DNA of 61,935 bases, the filler included, from Dirinaria sp. TL-2023a (lineage: Eukaryota): assembly GCA_051941275.1 (NCBI GenBank). It is 15 parts of 15 records of this genome, joined end to end, with 100 filler letters (N's around TTAATTAATTAA, not from the genome) between each part and the next. Parts side by side here need not be neighbours in the genome. Positions count along the whole stretch, not along the records: positions 12,490 to 16,548 come from JAVEBF010001915.1; positions 16,649 to 20,696 come from JAVEBF010001916.1; positions 20,797 to 24,841 come from JAVEBF010001917.1; 12 more parts are not named here. One strand, written 5' to 3'. The translations under genes and the position numbers were made by a program. Positions 12,610 to 24,941 of the stretch are shown piece after piece (the stretch's first letter is position 1; every line of letters starts with the position of its first letter). The notes under the pieces were generated by a model. It was given only the letters and a program-made list of their open reading frames with translations. It did not search any database and had not been told where the DNA came from.

Positions 12610-13764
12610 TCACTGCATGAATTCTTCATCCCTTTCGGCGCTTTTTGGTCGTATTGGAAGTGTCGCTACTGAATAAGTTAACGATTAGACTGCGGTCATT
12701 GTAACGTTAGACATACTCGTCGAGTTGTCCTGAGAATGCGCACTGCCATCGCCAGCCTCGCCCTTCTCAGTCAAGGCTTGTCCAGATTCGGACTCGGGGG
12801 CTACCTCCACTCCGCCATCATCACTACTGGTGTCCTCGCCGTGGGACCAGCTACAATTTGCGTCGTCTTCTTCCCCTGAGCCACCACATGTCAGTACTAT
12901 CTCGTTTAGATTGAGTTCAATGAGGTGGTCACACCTTTGTCTTCCGACTCTGGCCAGATCATGCGCTCCAGATCCTCCACTGCCATCCTCTTAACATTTT
13001 CGAAAAAGAACTTTCTGTTCTTATACTGGCTTTCAAATTCCTGCCACACTCCTGCTTTAAGCCTGCAGGCGGCGATGTAATTAACCGCCTGCTCTCGCTT
13101 GATGTCCTCTCGATCCATCTTCCCAGCTTTCGCTGGCAGCTCTTTGTGGGTCAGAGCTTTGTTCAGCCAACCAAGCCGCTTCCTTGGAATTCCACCGTAA
13201 TTAGGCAGTGCGACAGTGTCGCTAAGCAGACGTCTCTCCGCTTTACGACGGGTACCCAATTCTTTTAAACGCACTGGAGCATAAGCGGGCACTTGTCAGC
13301 TAAGAGCTATAGAGTTTGGGGCGCGTGAGCTTCGGGCGCCACTCACTTCCTGTTTTGCGAACCACCCGTGCTTCTAGCTCCGCGATAATGAACGCACGAT
13401 GTTCCCCCTCTAACTCTTCAAATTTGTCTCCGACCTCAGCAATCTCACGCCATTTGATGTGTTCGCCGTCCTTCTCTAAACCCGCTTTAGCTCTCGCCAC
13501 CATAATTTGCTCAATACCTCGGCGGCGTTTGATATCGTCGTCTCGGTAAGCTTGTTCCGTGGTAAAGTCGCGCTTTTTGAGTCCGAATAAAGCACGAAGC
13601 ATCTTCCCGTGGCTGTTGCCAAATTTCACTTTCTGGGATCTGATTGTAGCGAACAGAAGCTTGTTCTCCAACGAACGCCTCATTCCCTCCTTCGAGCGCG
13701 GAAGAGTCTTAGGTGTGTTCAAGATGATGGAGCGCGCGCCTGATACGTGCTCTGTATCCATCAT
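12610..13764 (-). CDS. Orphan hypothetical protein, multi-exon (true start uncertain)
   Basis: ORFs 13764-13300 and 13292-12906 are joined in frame by an intron 13346-13274 (GTGAGT..GCTGAC..CAG: KTG-M-RLKELGT). Two further GT-AG introns lead through an acidic exon (GEEDDANCSWSHGEDTSSDD..) to TGA at 12610. Confidence 0.6.
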
Positions 13765-14879
13765 GCCTTGGGTAACCTTAATCGAAATCGTTGGAGTAAT
13801 TTGGTGTACCGTACAGAGCTGACAGTGTCACGAATGGCCAGATTTGGGGTCCGGAGTGAGGCAATGAGATGCCGTGGGTAAAAGGCAGTGCAGAAGATGA
13901 GAGAGGGGTGTGGTGTTGTGCTGAGGAGGGATTCAAAAGTGGCGGGGTTCACAAGCATAAGATGAATTGACCTTGAAGACTACCAATGAACATGTGGATT
14001 CACAAGGGCTTCTCATCAGCATACCTTACATAACAGCTGGACTACCTTCATCAACTGAAATGTGTTGCTCGAAATGAAGACGTATGAATTCCCGGAGCAA
14101 TACTCTCATTGCAGCAACTGCCACCATCCGAACAACACTGTCAGTGTTGCGACTTCCCAGGTATTGCACGCATTCAATGACGCTTCAGCCACCTTCCCAG
14201 CACAACCAATTCCATAAATTCGTGATCGCTTTTTCGATGCTCTTTCGATGCTTCTACTGTTTACCTATGGCTCTTCCTTGGTAGATCAGTCCATCTTCAT
14301 ATCGTTAAAACATTTTTTCACCAGAAATTAGCACCCTGCGAGGGTACATCGGATAATCATTCAATTCCTTAACCGTTACAGCCTGGCTTGCCTCAACGAG
14401 ATTGGTATCTTTCTCAACTGAAGCAATTTCCTCAGGATCAAGGAATACGAACTGTCATAGCCATGCCCTTATTTCCATCAAGAAGCCTCATCAATTCATT
14501 CCATTGAAATATATACTCTCAATCCTTTCAATAACACTTATTTCACGCTCCAATCATGCTCAAAACTCGGCTTTTCTAAGTACATTTCTATCATTTCAGT
14601 ATAACCTCACACTTTATTTACTACATACCTCATTTCGCTTCACGAAAGCCCTCCCAATCTCAGCATCTATACGCCAATCACCGAAACCCCCTCTGAAACT
14701 CATCGCATTTTACACCGCTTTGCCTTTTTAGGCTCTGCTCTACGCCAGGAATCAATCGGCTCCGAAAACCACTTGATGACAATCTACCGAGCAAAGGTGG
14801 TATCTCACGACAAGGGTTCGGATGGCTACATAAAGCAGGGGTCGTCGGGCTCTGGTTACCAATCCTTTCGCTTATGGTT

Positions 14880-15870
14880 AAGAAAATCTAGCAACTTGGC
14901 AGTCGCCGTGAAGCCGAAAACCGCTTTCTTAGCGACACCATAGCCCTCCCGAACCACGATGGGATCCCACGGTAACTAACTGGCTAGCTCGCTCGTTTTC
15001 CCGCAGCAGCTTGCAAGAGACAGTCACCGTAAAGCGGAGAGACGTCTTTTCAGCGACACGATGGGGCTGCCAAACCACGGCGGAATTCCAAGGAAACGGT
15101 TTGACTGGCTTCATAAAGCATTGACGCACAGAGAGCTGCCAGGGAAACCTGAAAAGATACAATGAGATTCCATCATAAGAGAGCATCTTGCAAGAGACAG
15201 TCACCGTAAAGCGGAGAGACGTCTTTTCAGCGACACGATAGCGCTGCCAAACCACGGCGGCATTCCAAGGAAACGGTTTGGCTGGCTTCATAAAGCATTG
15301 ACGCACAAAGAGCGCGCAACCAGACCCTCAACGATAGAGCGACAGAATGTGATGAGGGATCAAGCAGTAAACTACATCGCTGCCTGTAGGCGTCAAGCCG
15401 GAGTCTGGAACGAGTTTGAAGTCGGGGGGAAAGACTGGAACATAGATTTCTAAGAAATCAAGAGAATATAAGATGTTGAGTTTGAGCTAGAAATCAGGCA
15501 GGAGATCACATCGCTGTCTGTAGACGTCAAGCGGGAGTCTGGAAAGAGTTTGAAGTCGGGGGGAAAAACTGTAACATAAATTTCTAACAAATCAAGAGAA
15601 TATAAGATGCTGAGTTTGAGCTAGAAATCAGGCAGGAGATTACAACGCTGCCTGTAAGCGTCAAGCGGAAGTCTGAAAAGAGTTCGAAGCCGTGGGAGAA
15701 CCCAGGAATAAAAGACGAAATAATGAATTGACAGATCATAAGAGATCAGACAGTGAACTACATCGCTGCCTGTAGACGTCAAGCAGAAATCTGAAAAGAA
15801 TTCGAAGCCGTGGGAAAACCTATATATAACAAAAAACGAAATGACGAATTGACAGATCATCATCAGAGAT
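14880..15870 (+). pseudogene. Degenerate inverted paralog of the 12610-13764 gene with internally repeated modules
   Basis: The plus strand reads HRKAERRLFSDTMGLPNHGGIPRKRFDWLHKALTH (twice, 177-nt period, plus a more decayed copy at ~14900) and DQAVNYIAACRRQAGVWNEFE (about 4 copies, 15366-15870). These match RRKAERRLLSDTVALPNYGGIPRKRLGWLNKALTH and EQAVNYIAACRLKAGVWQEFE of the minus-strand gene; in-frame TAG/TGA/TAA stops are present. Confidence 0.85.
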
Positions 15871-18800
15871 CAGACATTGGTTTTTGCCACCATCTACAAA
15901 CCTCACCCTTAAGTTCAAAAAACCCTCTCAAGCCACGAGCAAAAAAACAGAAAATTCCCCTTCGAAAACATCCATTAAAATCCCACCTCAAGCCCCAAAA
16001 GACCAAAACACCCACCCCAAACCAAATAAAAATCCCCCCACAACCTCACTCCAAACCTTCAAATCCCGCTCGAAAAATCCCATCAATCCAGGAATCCTCA
16101 TCCCTGATCATCAGCTATCAATAATCAATAGTCGAAAACGGCTTCCAAGCTCCAATCTTAAGCAAGCGTGAGATAATCTCACTCACGGCTCTGGAAGGAC
16201 AAATAGCACGGAATCGGTGTGCGGATGCTGAGTTAGAGGATGCGGGTATTGCCGAGCTCGGAGCAGGCGTGGTTCGCGAATCAGGAGATGCGTTTCAGAT
16301 CCCATATCTACCTTCTGGCAAACCCTTGCTTATGCCTCAGAGCATCGATCAGAAATCGGCATGCGACGTAAAGCGGAAAGATCATCATATGGGATCCAAC
16401 CCAAAAACCCTGCCACTAGAGTCCCGGTTGCATTCTAGTTAATGCTGCTCATCGCGCCCAAATCGCGGGATGCAGATGAAGGCAAATCAAAGACATTCGT
16501 TCAGTGTGGAGATTTGTTGGGAAATATGGTTATGGGTATGGGCGGGAANNNNNNNNNNNNNNNNNNNNNNNNNNNNNNNNNNNNNNNNNNNNTTAATTAA
16601 TTAANNNNNNNNNNNNNNNNNNNNNNNNNNNNNNNNNNNNNNNNNNNNCCCTAGGACGTTTCTGTGTACAAGTCACGGATTGCGTCCATGGAGTGTATCT
16701 CGCGCAACGACTCTGGATATAACAGCAACTCTGCGTACCCATTTTCATTAGCATCCATCTGCATTAAGTTCAACTTCACACGCTCACGATCGTGCTCTTA
16801 AAAAGAGTAATAACATAAGTGGTGTATGAGCCCCAGAAAAGAGTTACGAGCATCGGATGTGCTGCTGTTGAAGGAGCATGGCGTGATGTGAAGATCTCTA
16901 CGGCGAACTGTAAATGATTGATTTGTTCAGCTTTCATTATCTGACGTGAGACAAGTGTAATTTGCAGGTTCTTCCATGATTTATAGAGATTGGACTACTG
17001 TATAGATGTCGGATTTCTTCGACATTCAATCCTCATTCAAAAGTAAGCACCGCTGTAATAGAACTGGAGTAAGAGTGCTGGCGGCAGATTTTCTTAATTG
17101 CCTCTGTCGGATCTGCAAGAGTGGTTTTCCGCTAGTCCGATTGATTTGCTTCAATTTTGCTAAAGAGATAGTAGAATCGGCATGGCGAAGGTGAGTAAAT
17201 GGAGGTATTGACACGTGTTTGACATGGGGTTGCTGTTGAGAAGTAAGTCGGATTTACTTACCTCTGGTTCGACGAGTGACGTAATCGATGCTGGGGAGTT
17301 GTGTATAAAATAAATACTCGTAGAGGCAATCTTTAACGCGAAGTATCTCATCGATGGATAGGTTCGGATGCGACCCCGATTCCGTAATACTTTCGAACTC
17401 CCTGACGCATTGAGCTATCGACAACCTGCGCGAATGCAATATTCCACACGGATGATGACACAAAAATAAAACATAGAAATATTATTAGCTCATGTTGCAA
17501 GAGGAAAGATTAGTACACAGTTGTACTCGAATAAGAAGTACTGAGTGAGGATTAGTAGCTTAGAACGCGGCAAGAACGAAGATCATTTGTTCGCCCGTCG
17601 AGTGAGACAGTGGTTGATCTTCCTTCATGACCACTTTCTAAGCTGTTTTGCTGGGTCATAGAAATTGTAGTCTTCTTCTATTTGACCATCATGATGAGCT
17701 TTTTTGAATGAGTTCATCAGATTTCCATGAGTACATTTGATCATACTCCTCCTAAAATAATGATCTTCAGATTTTTTGAGCAGATCTCTGAAATGAGCAT
17801 ATTGCCAGAACATTGAGAAAGGCTAGAAGATCTCGGTGGATTTGATTGACTTCCTTGGTCGTAGAGCAAGTGGATGTCGAGACTTGGACTTGACTATATT
17901 CTAAAATAGTATCAGCTTCAATCAACGTCCTTTTAGACTAAAGTGCATAGTAGCTGTAGTCGGATTCGACGTAAGTAATCAGAGATAAAGGGGTACTAGG
18001 ACTGTCGATTGATGATTGCAGTCGTTGAGATTATCAGCCGAGTGATAGCTCTGTGCTTCTCAGGGCCATGGCTGGTGCCGTAAGCTGTTGGTAACCAGAG
18101 TTTTGTGACCTCATAGCCGGTATAGCGGCTTCTCATTCGGTTCACCAGCTCGATTAAGGCTAATAAAGTGTGCAGAATCGTCCTGGTTAGAGTCTTAACA
18201 AGAGTAAACCGAGCTCGTGATAGTTTTTAAACATCTTCTAAGCAGTAGGCAATTAAGATATCCAATTTATAGATTTCTCGGTCGAAAAGTCGAACAATGG
18301 TATGACTTTCGCAACCAACACGAAACCGCATGTGTCGGTTTTCAAAAGCTAAGCGTTAGTGTTTCTATCTGACCATCACCGAAACTTACTGCATGTAGCT
18401 TGAAAGACTGAATACTTAGAAATTACTACTTTCTCTCTTCGTTCCCTCTATCGCATTTGTAGACACGGGCATCCTGGTACTTGCCGTAGTCGTCAGACTC
18501 AGGTTGTAGCTTGATTTGTAAGAGCCACAGCCTCCGACGGAACTAATGTTTAGACCAGTCAGCCACATTAAACAGCTCAGTGCCGTGGCAATACAAATTG
18601 ATGTTGAGGAATAGGCTAGAGACACTTGCCTTATGCAAACCGCCGATCGTACGAAATTTCAAGTTTCGTAAAAAAGCATATGAACTTTCAATCTTCTGAC
18701 GGAAACGGCGGACTTATTCACATCAATCAAATCATTGACGACGCTGTGACATGGTTCGATTGTCTGCCGCGTGTAAGTGCTGAACTGTGCATCCATCCTG

Positions 18801-19758
18801 GCATCGAAGTCCCAAATGAGCGAGATCTCTGCTAATTGAATTGATTTAAGAGATTATGATAAATATATGGGATTAAAATAAAAATGGATTTTCAGCGTCG
18901 TGGATGAGTCCCACGCTTAACGACCTGATTCCATTTTGCTAGTCAGGTGGAGCACGATCTCAGATGAAGCCCACATCCTTGTCCATTCGAAATACTGAGA
19001 ATGAAGTAGAAGCAATTCGAGAACCAAAGATCTTAGATCCACTGCGAATCATCAAAAACAGCAGCTTCTAGACGACATCAAAAGCGGCAAATCCTGCTTG
19101 CCGTCACGCATTGAGCACGCCTCATTTCGATAGAATTTGAATGTCTCTCTTCTCTCTAAGCCCGTAATCCAGACACTGGCATGTGACTCATTTTGAAAGT
19201 GTATGTAAAGTGCGCCTCTCGTGCCGGATAAGAGTATAGACAAGGACCAAAGGCTCTCCTACTTCACATTATTTTGAGGATATCAAGAATGGAAGATAGC
19301 ATGATTTTTCGTCGGAATTTCATAACGTACGGGATCATTGATGAAGTATAAGTTCCGAGAGCGAAGAAATTGTTCCTTGAGCAATACTCCCTTCTGAAAC
19401 ACTGCTCACCTGAGCTTCCTTCAGAGCAGGTCTCGAACTTGGGAAGAAGCACATGATCGAAGCCTGCATTTTATGCCGACTCCGAAAATCTTTCTCTAAA
19501 GACAACGTGACTCACCTGTCTTAACAACGGTGCCCAAGGTCTGTCGCGGTCGCTCACTTCGAATCTGCGCGTGAGCCGCTTCAACGACCTAGACGAAGCC
19601 TCGCTGGACTGTGCTAATTGAGGATTTTAGATATGACACTCCGCGCTAGCCCTAACGAAGTTAGCGCACATCCTCGAATTCCCCATCTACTCACACCTTT
19701 CCTCTACCTCAGCTCCCTTCCTTACCCATCCTCTCCCCAATCCCACCTTCTTTCAAAG

Positions 19759-20381
19759 ATGGCCCAAGGCGCCATCAAAAAGACGCCCAAATCTACTTCC
19801 AAACCCACCTCCAAATTGAATCTTAAATCCACATCATCATCGTCCTCGAAACGGTACCTAGTTTCTCAAACCCATCTCCTTGATGCGATAGAATGAGTAT
19901 AACCTGTCGATAGACCTCAAAAAAAGACCGCAGCACACCGGTCCATCGCGCCCAAGAAACGGAAGGCCGTTGATCAGAGAAAGATTACGAAGGTAATGGC
20001 TCCCCCACCCCCCCCTTCTCGTTTTCATTGTATCTTTTCTTTAGGAACCTAGCGCTCTTACTTAACAACAGTTGCTCTTACTCTTCAAGCCCAGTTCCTA
20101 GTGTGTGCGCGGATTTGTATAACGCTGCTTTCTTCCAAAAAAAGCTTTTTATCTTTTCCCTTTTTGTACGATATTTTCCCATCATTATATTCAAAGCGAA
20201 TCCAACCTCGTTACGGAGAATTCCCCCACCAAAGAGTAACAATGCTAACTGCCCAATTATACAGAAATACAGCGCTGGCATGACAGCGCGGCTGGAACAG
20301 ACGCTTGCGGAGCGGGTGGCGGGGCGGTTGGAGATTCTTGGCAAAGGAGGAGAGGGTGGGAAGGAGAGGAAGAAGGCGTGA
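19759..20381 (+). CDS. UPF0390/DUF2462-family small basic protein, 3 exons (19759-19853, 19914-19992, 20265-20381)
   Basis: MAQGAIKK...RSIAPKKRKAVDQRKITK|KYSAGMTARLEQTLAERVAGRLEILGKG; canonical splice signals. Confidence 0.8.
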
Positions 20382-20796
20382 AGCCAAGGGTTTAGACCAT
20401 GACACGCAGTTCTCAAGTTAAAACAACGCATTTCACAAAGACAGATCCCAGTATTATGCTCTCGCCACAAGAAGGGGGAAGCAACGATATGTTACTCTGA
20501 CTTATCAAACCCCTCAACAATACCCCATCAAAAAAAAGCCAGGACGGAGAGACCTCTCCAAATGCACACAGTAACAGTGCCAATACCCCTATCCTTCTCC
20601 CAGCCAGCCAACTCTGAACCCAATACTACTGGTCTCGCAATCTCACCAGCTTGCTCGACACCAGACCTCATAAACCTCTCTTCTCCTCTTACGCAGNNNN
20701 NNNNNNNNNNNNNNNNNNNNNNNNNNNNNNNNNNNNNNNNTTAATTAATTAANNNNNNNNNNNNNNNNNNNNNNNNNNNNNNNNNNNNNNNNNNNN

Positions 20797-21687
20797 AAGC
20801 TGGGGTAGCAATGATCCGGTAACCAAAATAGAGGCGAACTGTGCCAGCGACAACACAGCTTCAATCGATGGTTAGCTGACTGATCTTCCAAGTATGGACG
20901 TACGTCGTAATTACAGTATGCCAAGCCAAAAAATGCCGATCAAGATGAACTTTCGTCGCCTGGTTGTTTGCAGATTTCGTATGACCGGCAGCGGTAAAGA
21001 CAGTGTGATAATGTCTAGCACGACATCCATTGCCGCAAACGCCGTCAGAAATGCGCCGTAATTGAGATCAGCGCGAGGCCGAGGCTTAAACCATTTGGAG
21101 ATCGGCCATGCTGAGAATATTTGCCCCTGTAGAGGTTAGCAATACTTAGTGAAGCTTGATATTCCTACTGACGATTGTCGCAGCTATCATCCACATAACA
21201 ACAATAGCCATTGTGACTTTTGCCGCAAGATGAAACTTTTGTATTGGGAAAGCCCGCTTGTAAAGAGCAATTACCCCCAGCTTCACTGTGCCTTCTGCAA
21301 CATGGAACAAGATGAGTGAACAGTAAAAGAACTGGAACGCGAGTAAGTAGTACGGACGGCTGCTATGTTGATATCAACATACCTTATGATAGGAGGAGTA
21401 TTTTGCGGGCGTCAATGTCGTTATTTTCTGACCTAATCCTGCCGTACACGCCGCATAAAGGATCAGACCACAATAGACGATTGAAAGGAACTGGCAACTG
21501 TGTGAGTTACAAAAAGTCTTGACGTGCGTCCATCGCCTACCAAAGCAGCCATGATAATGTAGTCATCGATGCCGAGAGGTATTGATTTGGTCTTGCGTGC
21601 CAATACGCGCAGCAGGACTGCTAATGAAGCAAGAAAAGCGAAGATCACACTGCACACCGCAGTAGCATTGGCATAAGAGGAATACAT
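20797..21687 (-). CDS. PTH11-like / rhodopsin-domain integral membrane protein, multi-exon, 3' truncated
   Basis: LAVLLRVLARKTK..PLGIDDYIIMAAL; KLGVIALYKRAF; WPISKWF; AAMDVVLDIITLSLPLPVIRNLQTTRRRKFILIGIFWLG; GT-AG introns. Confidence 0.85.
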
Positions 21688-23489
21688 GGTCAGGGTTTGG
21701 ACTCGACGTCAACTCTGAAAAGAGACACCCGAATAGCGGAAGTACAATTGGGGCAAACATAAAGTTGACATGGCGAATCTGAGGCCCTGGAGTCCCGTTC
21801 AGAATCTGAACAATCGTCAAGGCCTTTTTCGACTAATACCGAAGGAAATCGGAACAAAAATGCTACGCAGTTGAAGCATCTCGGCCTTCGAGAAAGGCAC
21901 ACATACTCAACAGCTCTGGCTGAGAAATACGCCGATTATATCTGTTTGACGCTAAGCCCGAATTCAGCCCATCCTCAGGAAGGTAAGACTGCAGGCCGTC
22001 AGCCGGAACAGGAAGGATTGTCGGAATAACGAGGATAGCAAAAAACGACTCGCACGCGCAAATTGCCTGTGTCTAAGCTCTGTACCACAGCGATGCAGGA
22101 AGACTCTGGTCATGCTCGCGAAGAGGCAAGCATCAGTGAAGTAGCGATGCGCAGCTCAGGCGATGTGTGGGCCATCAAATGGTCATGATCGGAGTGGAAA
22201 TGGGGTTTTTGATTTGGGTGTGCCTCGTACAGTCCCTCTTCCGCTCGGAGGCTGAGAGGCCGAAGCTTTGGCGGCCTGAGCATTACGTACGTTCGCCATC
22301 AGAAGGAATGCGATCATCGAGTCGTCCAGTCAGCGAAGTCTGGACATCCAGGTAGCAAAAGCTGACAAGGAATCCTGACCAATAGGATGAGCTCAGCAGT
22401 CTTTAAAGTAAGGAAGCTCGGCCAATCGAGCGTTGAATGCTGGAGGAAGCGAGCGGTAAGCGTAATCTGACATGATGCGCGTATAAATAAGCTGACATTA
22501 ATTTTGTCGCTGGGGCCATTTTATACGGTTGCATTGCCGTCTTCACAGCTGAATGTGCATATATGCATTTTAGTGCCCGGGCGGCATTTCTGTTCGTACG
22601 AGTTTGTCTTGGTACAATTCTTATTCCCAAGTAAACTTGCCGATAAACGTTTCTCATGAAATACTAAGCTTTATGTAATGTTCTTTAGGCCGCTGCGCTT
22701 CATTTCTTGCATAGATGTAACGTTTTGCAAGGTTGTGACGACGAGATTTTGCCAGCACTGAACGCTGATATTCAGCCTTCTTCATTGGATCATCCTTTAA
22801 GGCGGTAGCTGAGGAAGGCCGCTATGTCTAGATTTCGCTTTGCTTTTCTGAGTTCGACGCGCTCGTGCACTGTTCCCTACGCCTTTGATAGTGTGCCTTA
22901 CACCTCATGTTAAGGAACGAGGCTGAATCAAATACCATGGAGATCATCTTGACAAGCATTCGTCGAAGCACAAAAACTTCTATAAGCCAATGCGAGCATA
23001 TGGCATTGTGCAACGCCGTTTCTCATAGTTTCCATGTTACTCTAGGAAGTCTTTGAACGGAGGCAAACATGTAATGTTTTGATTAGACCTTGATTTGTAG
23101 AGGTAGGGTTGTGTCATCGACATCATGATATTGATGGGAGTGTAGATGTAGCGCGTCGGCTGGCGGGACATGTTGCCTTATCCACCATGCGTCACCGATT
23201 CCAGTGCTGAAAGCTGAAATGGAGCTGGTGTAGTATCCTCAGGGAATGAAAGAACCCTAGTTTTAAAGTTATACCACCAGCAGACGCTTGGTGAAGCCCT
23301 TGGGTAGACTGGTAGCTACACGTCATGCTGTGCAAATTCTGTCAGTAGGGACCGTTCGAATGCATTGAAGTATGTCCGCGATTCGTGGTGAAGTAATTCG
23401 AATGATCGAGTTGGTTGACGAGGAGAGAGAGCAGCCTGGTGTAGGAGATTCACAGTCAACAAAGAAAATTAAACTATATATATAGTAAT

Positions 23490-23745
23490 AGGGGCCGCTT
23501 TCCGTAACCCGCGCAGTAGGCGTATGTGGGCGATTGGCCGAATGGTTACAAGTCCATCCACAGTAAATCGCAGAAACTACCCGAGAGGGTCCGGGTTCGA
23601 GTCCGGTAAGCCTCCACTTTCGTGGAGCCAAGTACTAAGCCTCCCTGCGCCCAAAGCAAAAAGCGAGGGGTACTAGAAAAGACTACGAGTCTTTCCTATA
23701 GCTTAGGAACCTTAGAAACCCCCGAGGTCTCTAGGCTTCCAAGTG
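23490..23745 (+). mobile_element. Highly structured non-coding element: candidate SINE or non-LTR retroelement 5' end with HDV-like ribozyme module and tRNA-like A/B boxes
   Basis: GTAACC(23504-09)/GGTTAC(23544-49) pairing with CCGAA just before the 3' strand; A-box-like TGGCCGAATGG (23535) and B-box GGTTCGAGTCC (23594). Consecutive hairpins ACCC-GAGA-GGGT, CCGGG-TTCGAG-TCCGG, CTCCAC-TTTC-GTGGAG, AAAGACT-ACG-AGTCTTT and TAGAAACC-CCCGA-GGTCTCTA. Confidence 0.5.
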
Positions 23746-24941
23746 ACTGTTTTGTCATTTGGATTTCTGGATAGGGCTGAGACTGCGGTGATGTGTGATG
23801 ATCTTTCATACTAGCGTAAAATGAGAAGGTTCTAAGTTCCACATAATTTCCCACATCCAAAATTGCTTACTTCATGAGACGTCCTGGGTTTCATTTGCAT
23901 CAACCACTTTCATAAGGTAGGGCTTGTAATGTCCAGAGAATACTTAAAGCTACCTTACCATAACCTCCTCGAACCTGAGCGATAACACCATGGCGTACGA
24001 CATATCCGAACGTCATCAGCGATGTTCTAGGCTTAGCTCGTCCAGCACACGATAACGTGTCTGGAACCGATTTACTGAAAGAGCGGTCAGGTCTTCATGA
24101 AGTGTCCCAGGCAAGCGAGGGCGTATTGACTCGAGGATACGGAGACGATTGTTTCAAAAAGGGTCCTGCAAATTTTTCCAGGTCGCTCGTTTTCTTGACG
24201 GTCCTAATCGCACTAGATTCCATGTGAAACGGGAAATCAGACAGGTCCTCAGATAACGGCTGAATTATACAATTCGATATCAGGTCATCACCAAGCACTC
24301 GTGCAGGTGGGAGGGAAGATTATGCGTACGTGTGCGAGCGTATGCTAGGCTAGATAGTGGTAAGCATCCTTCGGAGCGGATCACACCACTCGAAAAGGAA
24401 CCGACTCCTCTCTCTCTTTCTCATTGGGCACAGTCCTTTCACAGGACAAGATGTCAGAGGCGCAATCGCTTATTTTCGGCGCTGCGTCCTCCACGGTTGG
24501 TCTGACGACTATTGCACCAACATCTTGCAATTCTCAGCTCCAGCCCTTAAGAGGGATTCTTGAATCGTCCTCGCTGAGCTGCCAGTGGTAGAACCGGGTG
24601 TAATATGCTCATACAACCGACCAATAGCTCGGTAAGTGTGGGGCGCTAGTTACAATCTTTCGTCGCCGGAATACTCTTTGGCAAGTATCTTCGAATGCAG
24701 CCATGCTAGCATAAAACAATCCGGAAGAGCGTAAAGCGAGAGACTTGGCTTATTTATTCAAGCTTGCCGACGAGAGACTCGCCACGGCTGACATGAATTG
24801 TCCACCAAGCTCCAATCTTCGTGCATCGAAGTGGTATGAGANNNNNNNNNNNNNNNNNNNNNNNNNNNNNNNNNNNNNNNNNNNNTTAATTAATTAANNN
24901 NNNNNNNNNNNNNNNNNNNNNNNNNNNNNNNNNNNNNNNNN

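Noticed and set aside
16649..19600. Possible decayed gene(s) on the minus strand in an AT-rich stretch
   Set aside because: Short peptide-like pieces and splice-like signals with many stops, but no recognisable family motif; cannot be supported without a frameshift-aware search.
23528..23616. Functional tRNA gene
   Set aside because: A/B-box-like motifs are present, but the acceptor stem (GGGCGAT versus TAAGCCTC) and D/anticodon arms do not pair; kept only as a SINE-like or structured element.
23631..23674. Twister ribozyme (AGTAC-TAA...CCCAAAGC...GAGGG-GTACT)
   Set aside because: Superficial match to the P1/UAA/GAGGG pattern, but P2 and the second pseudoknot cannot be built convincingly; a cmsearch would be needed.
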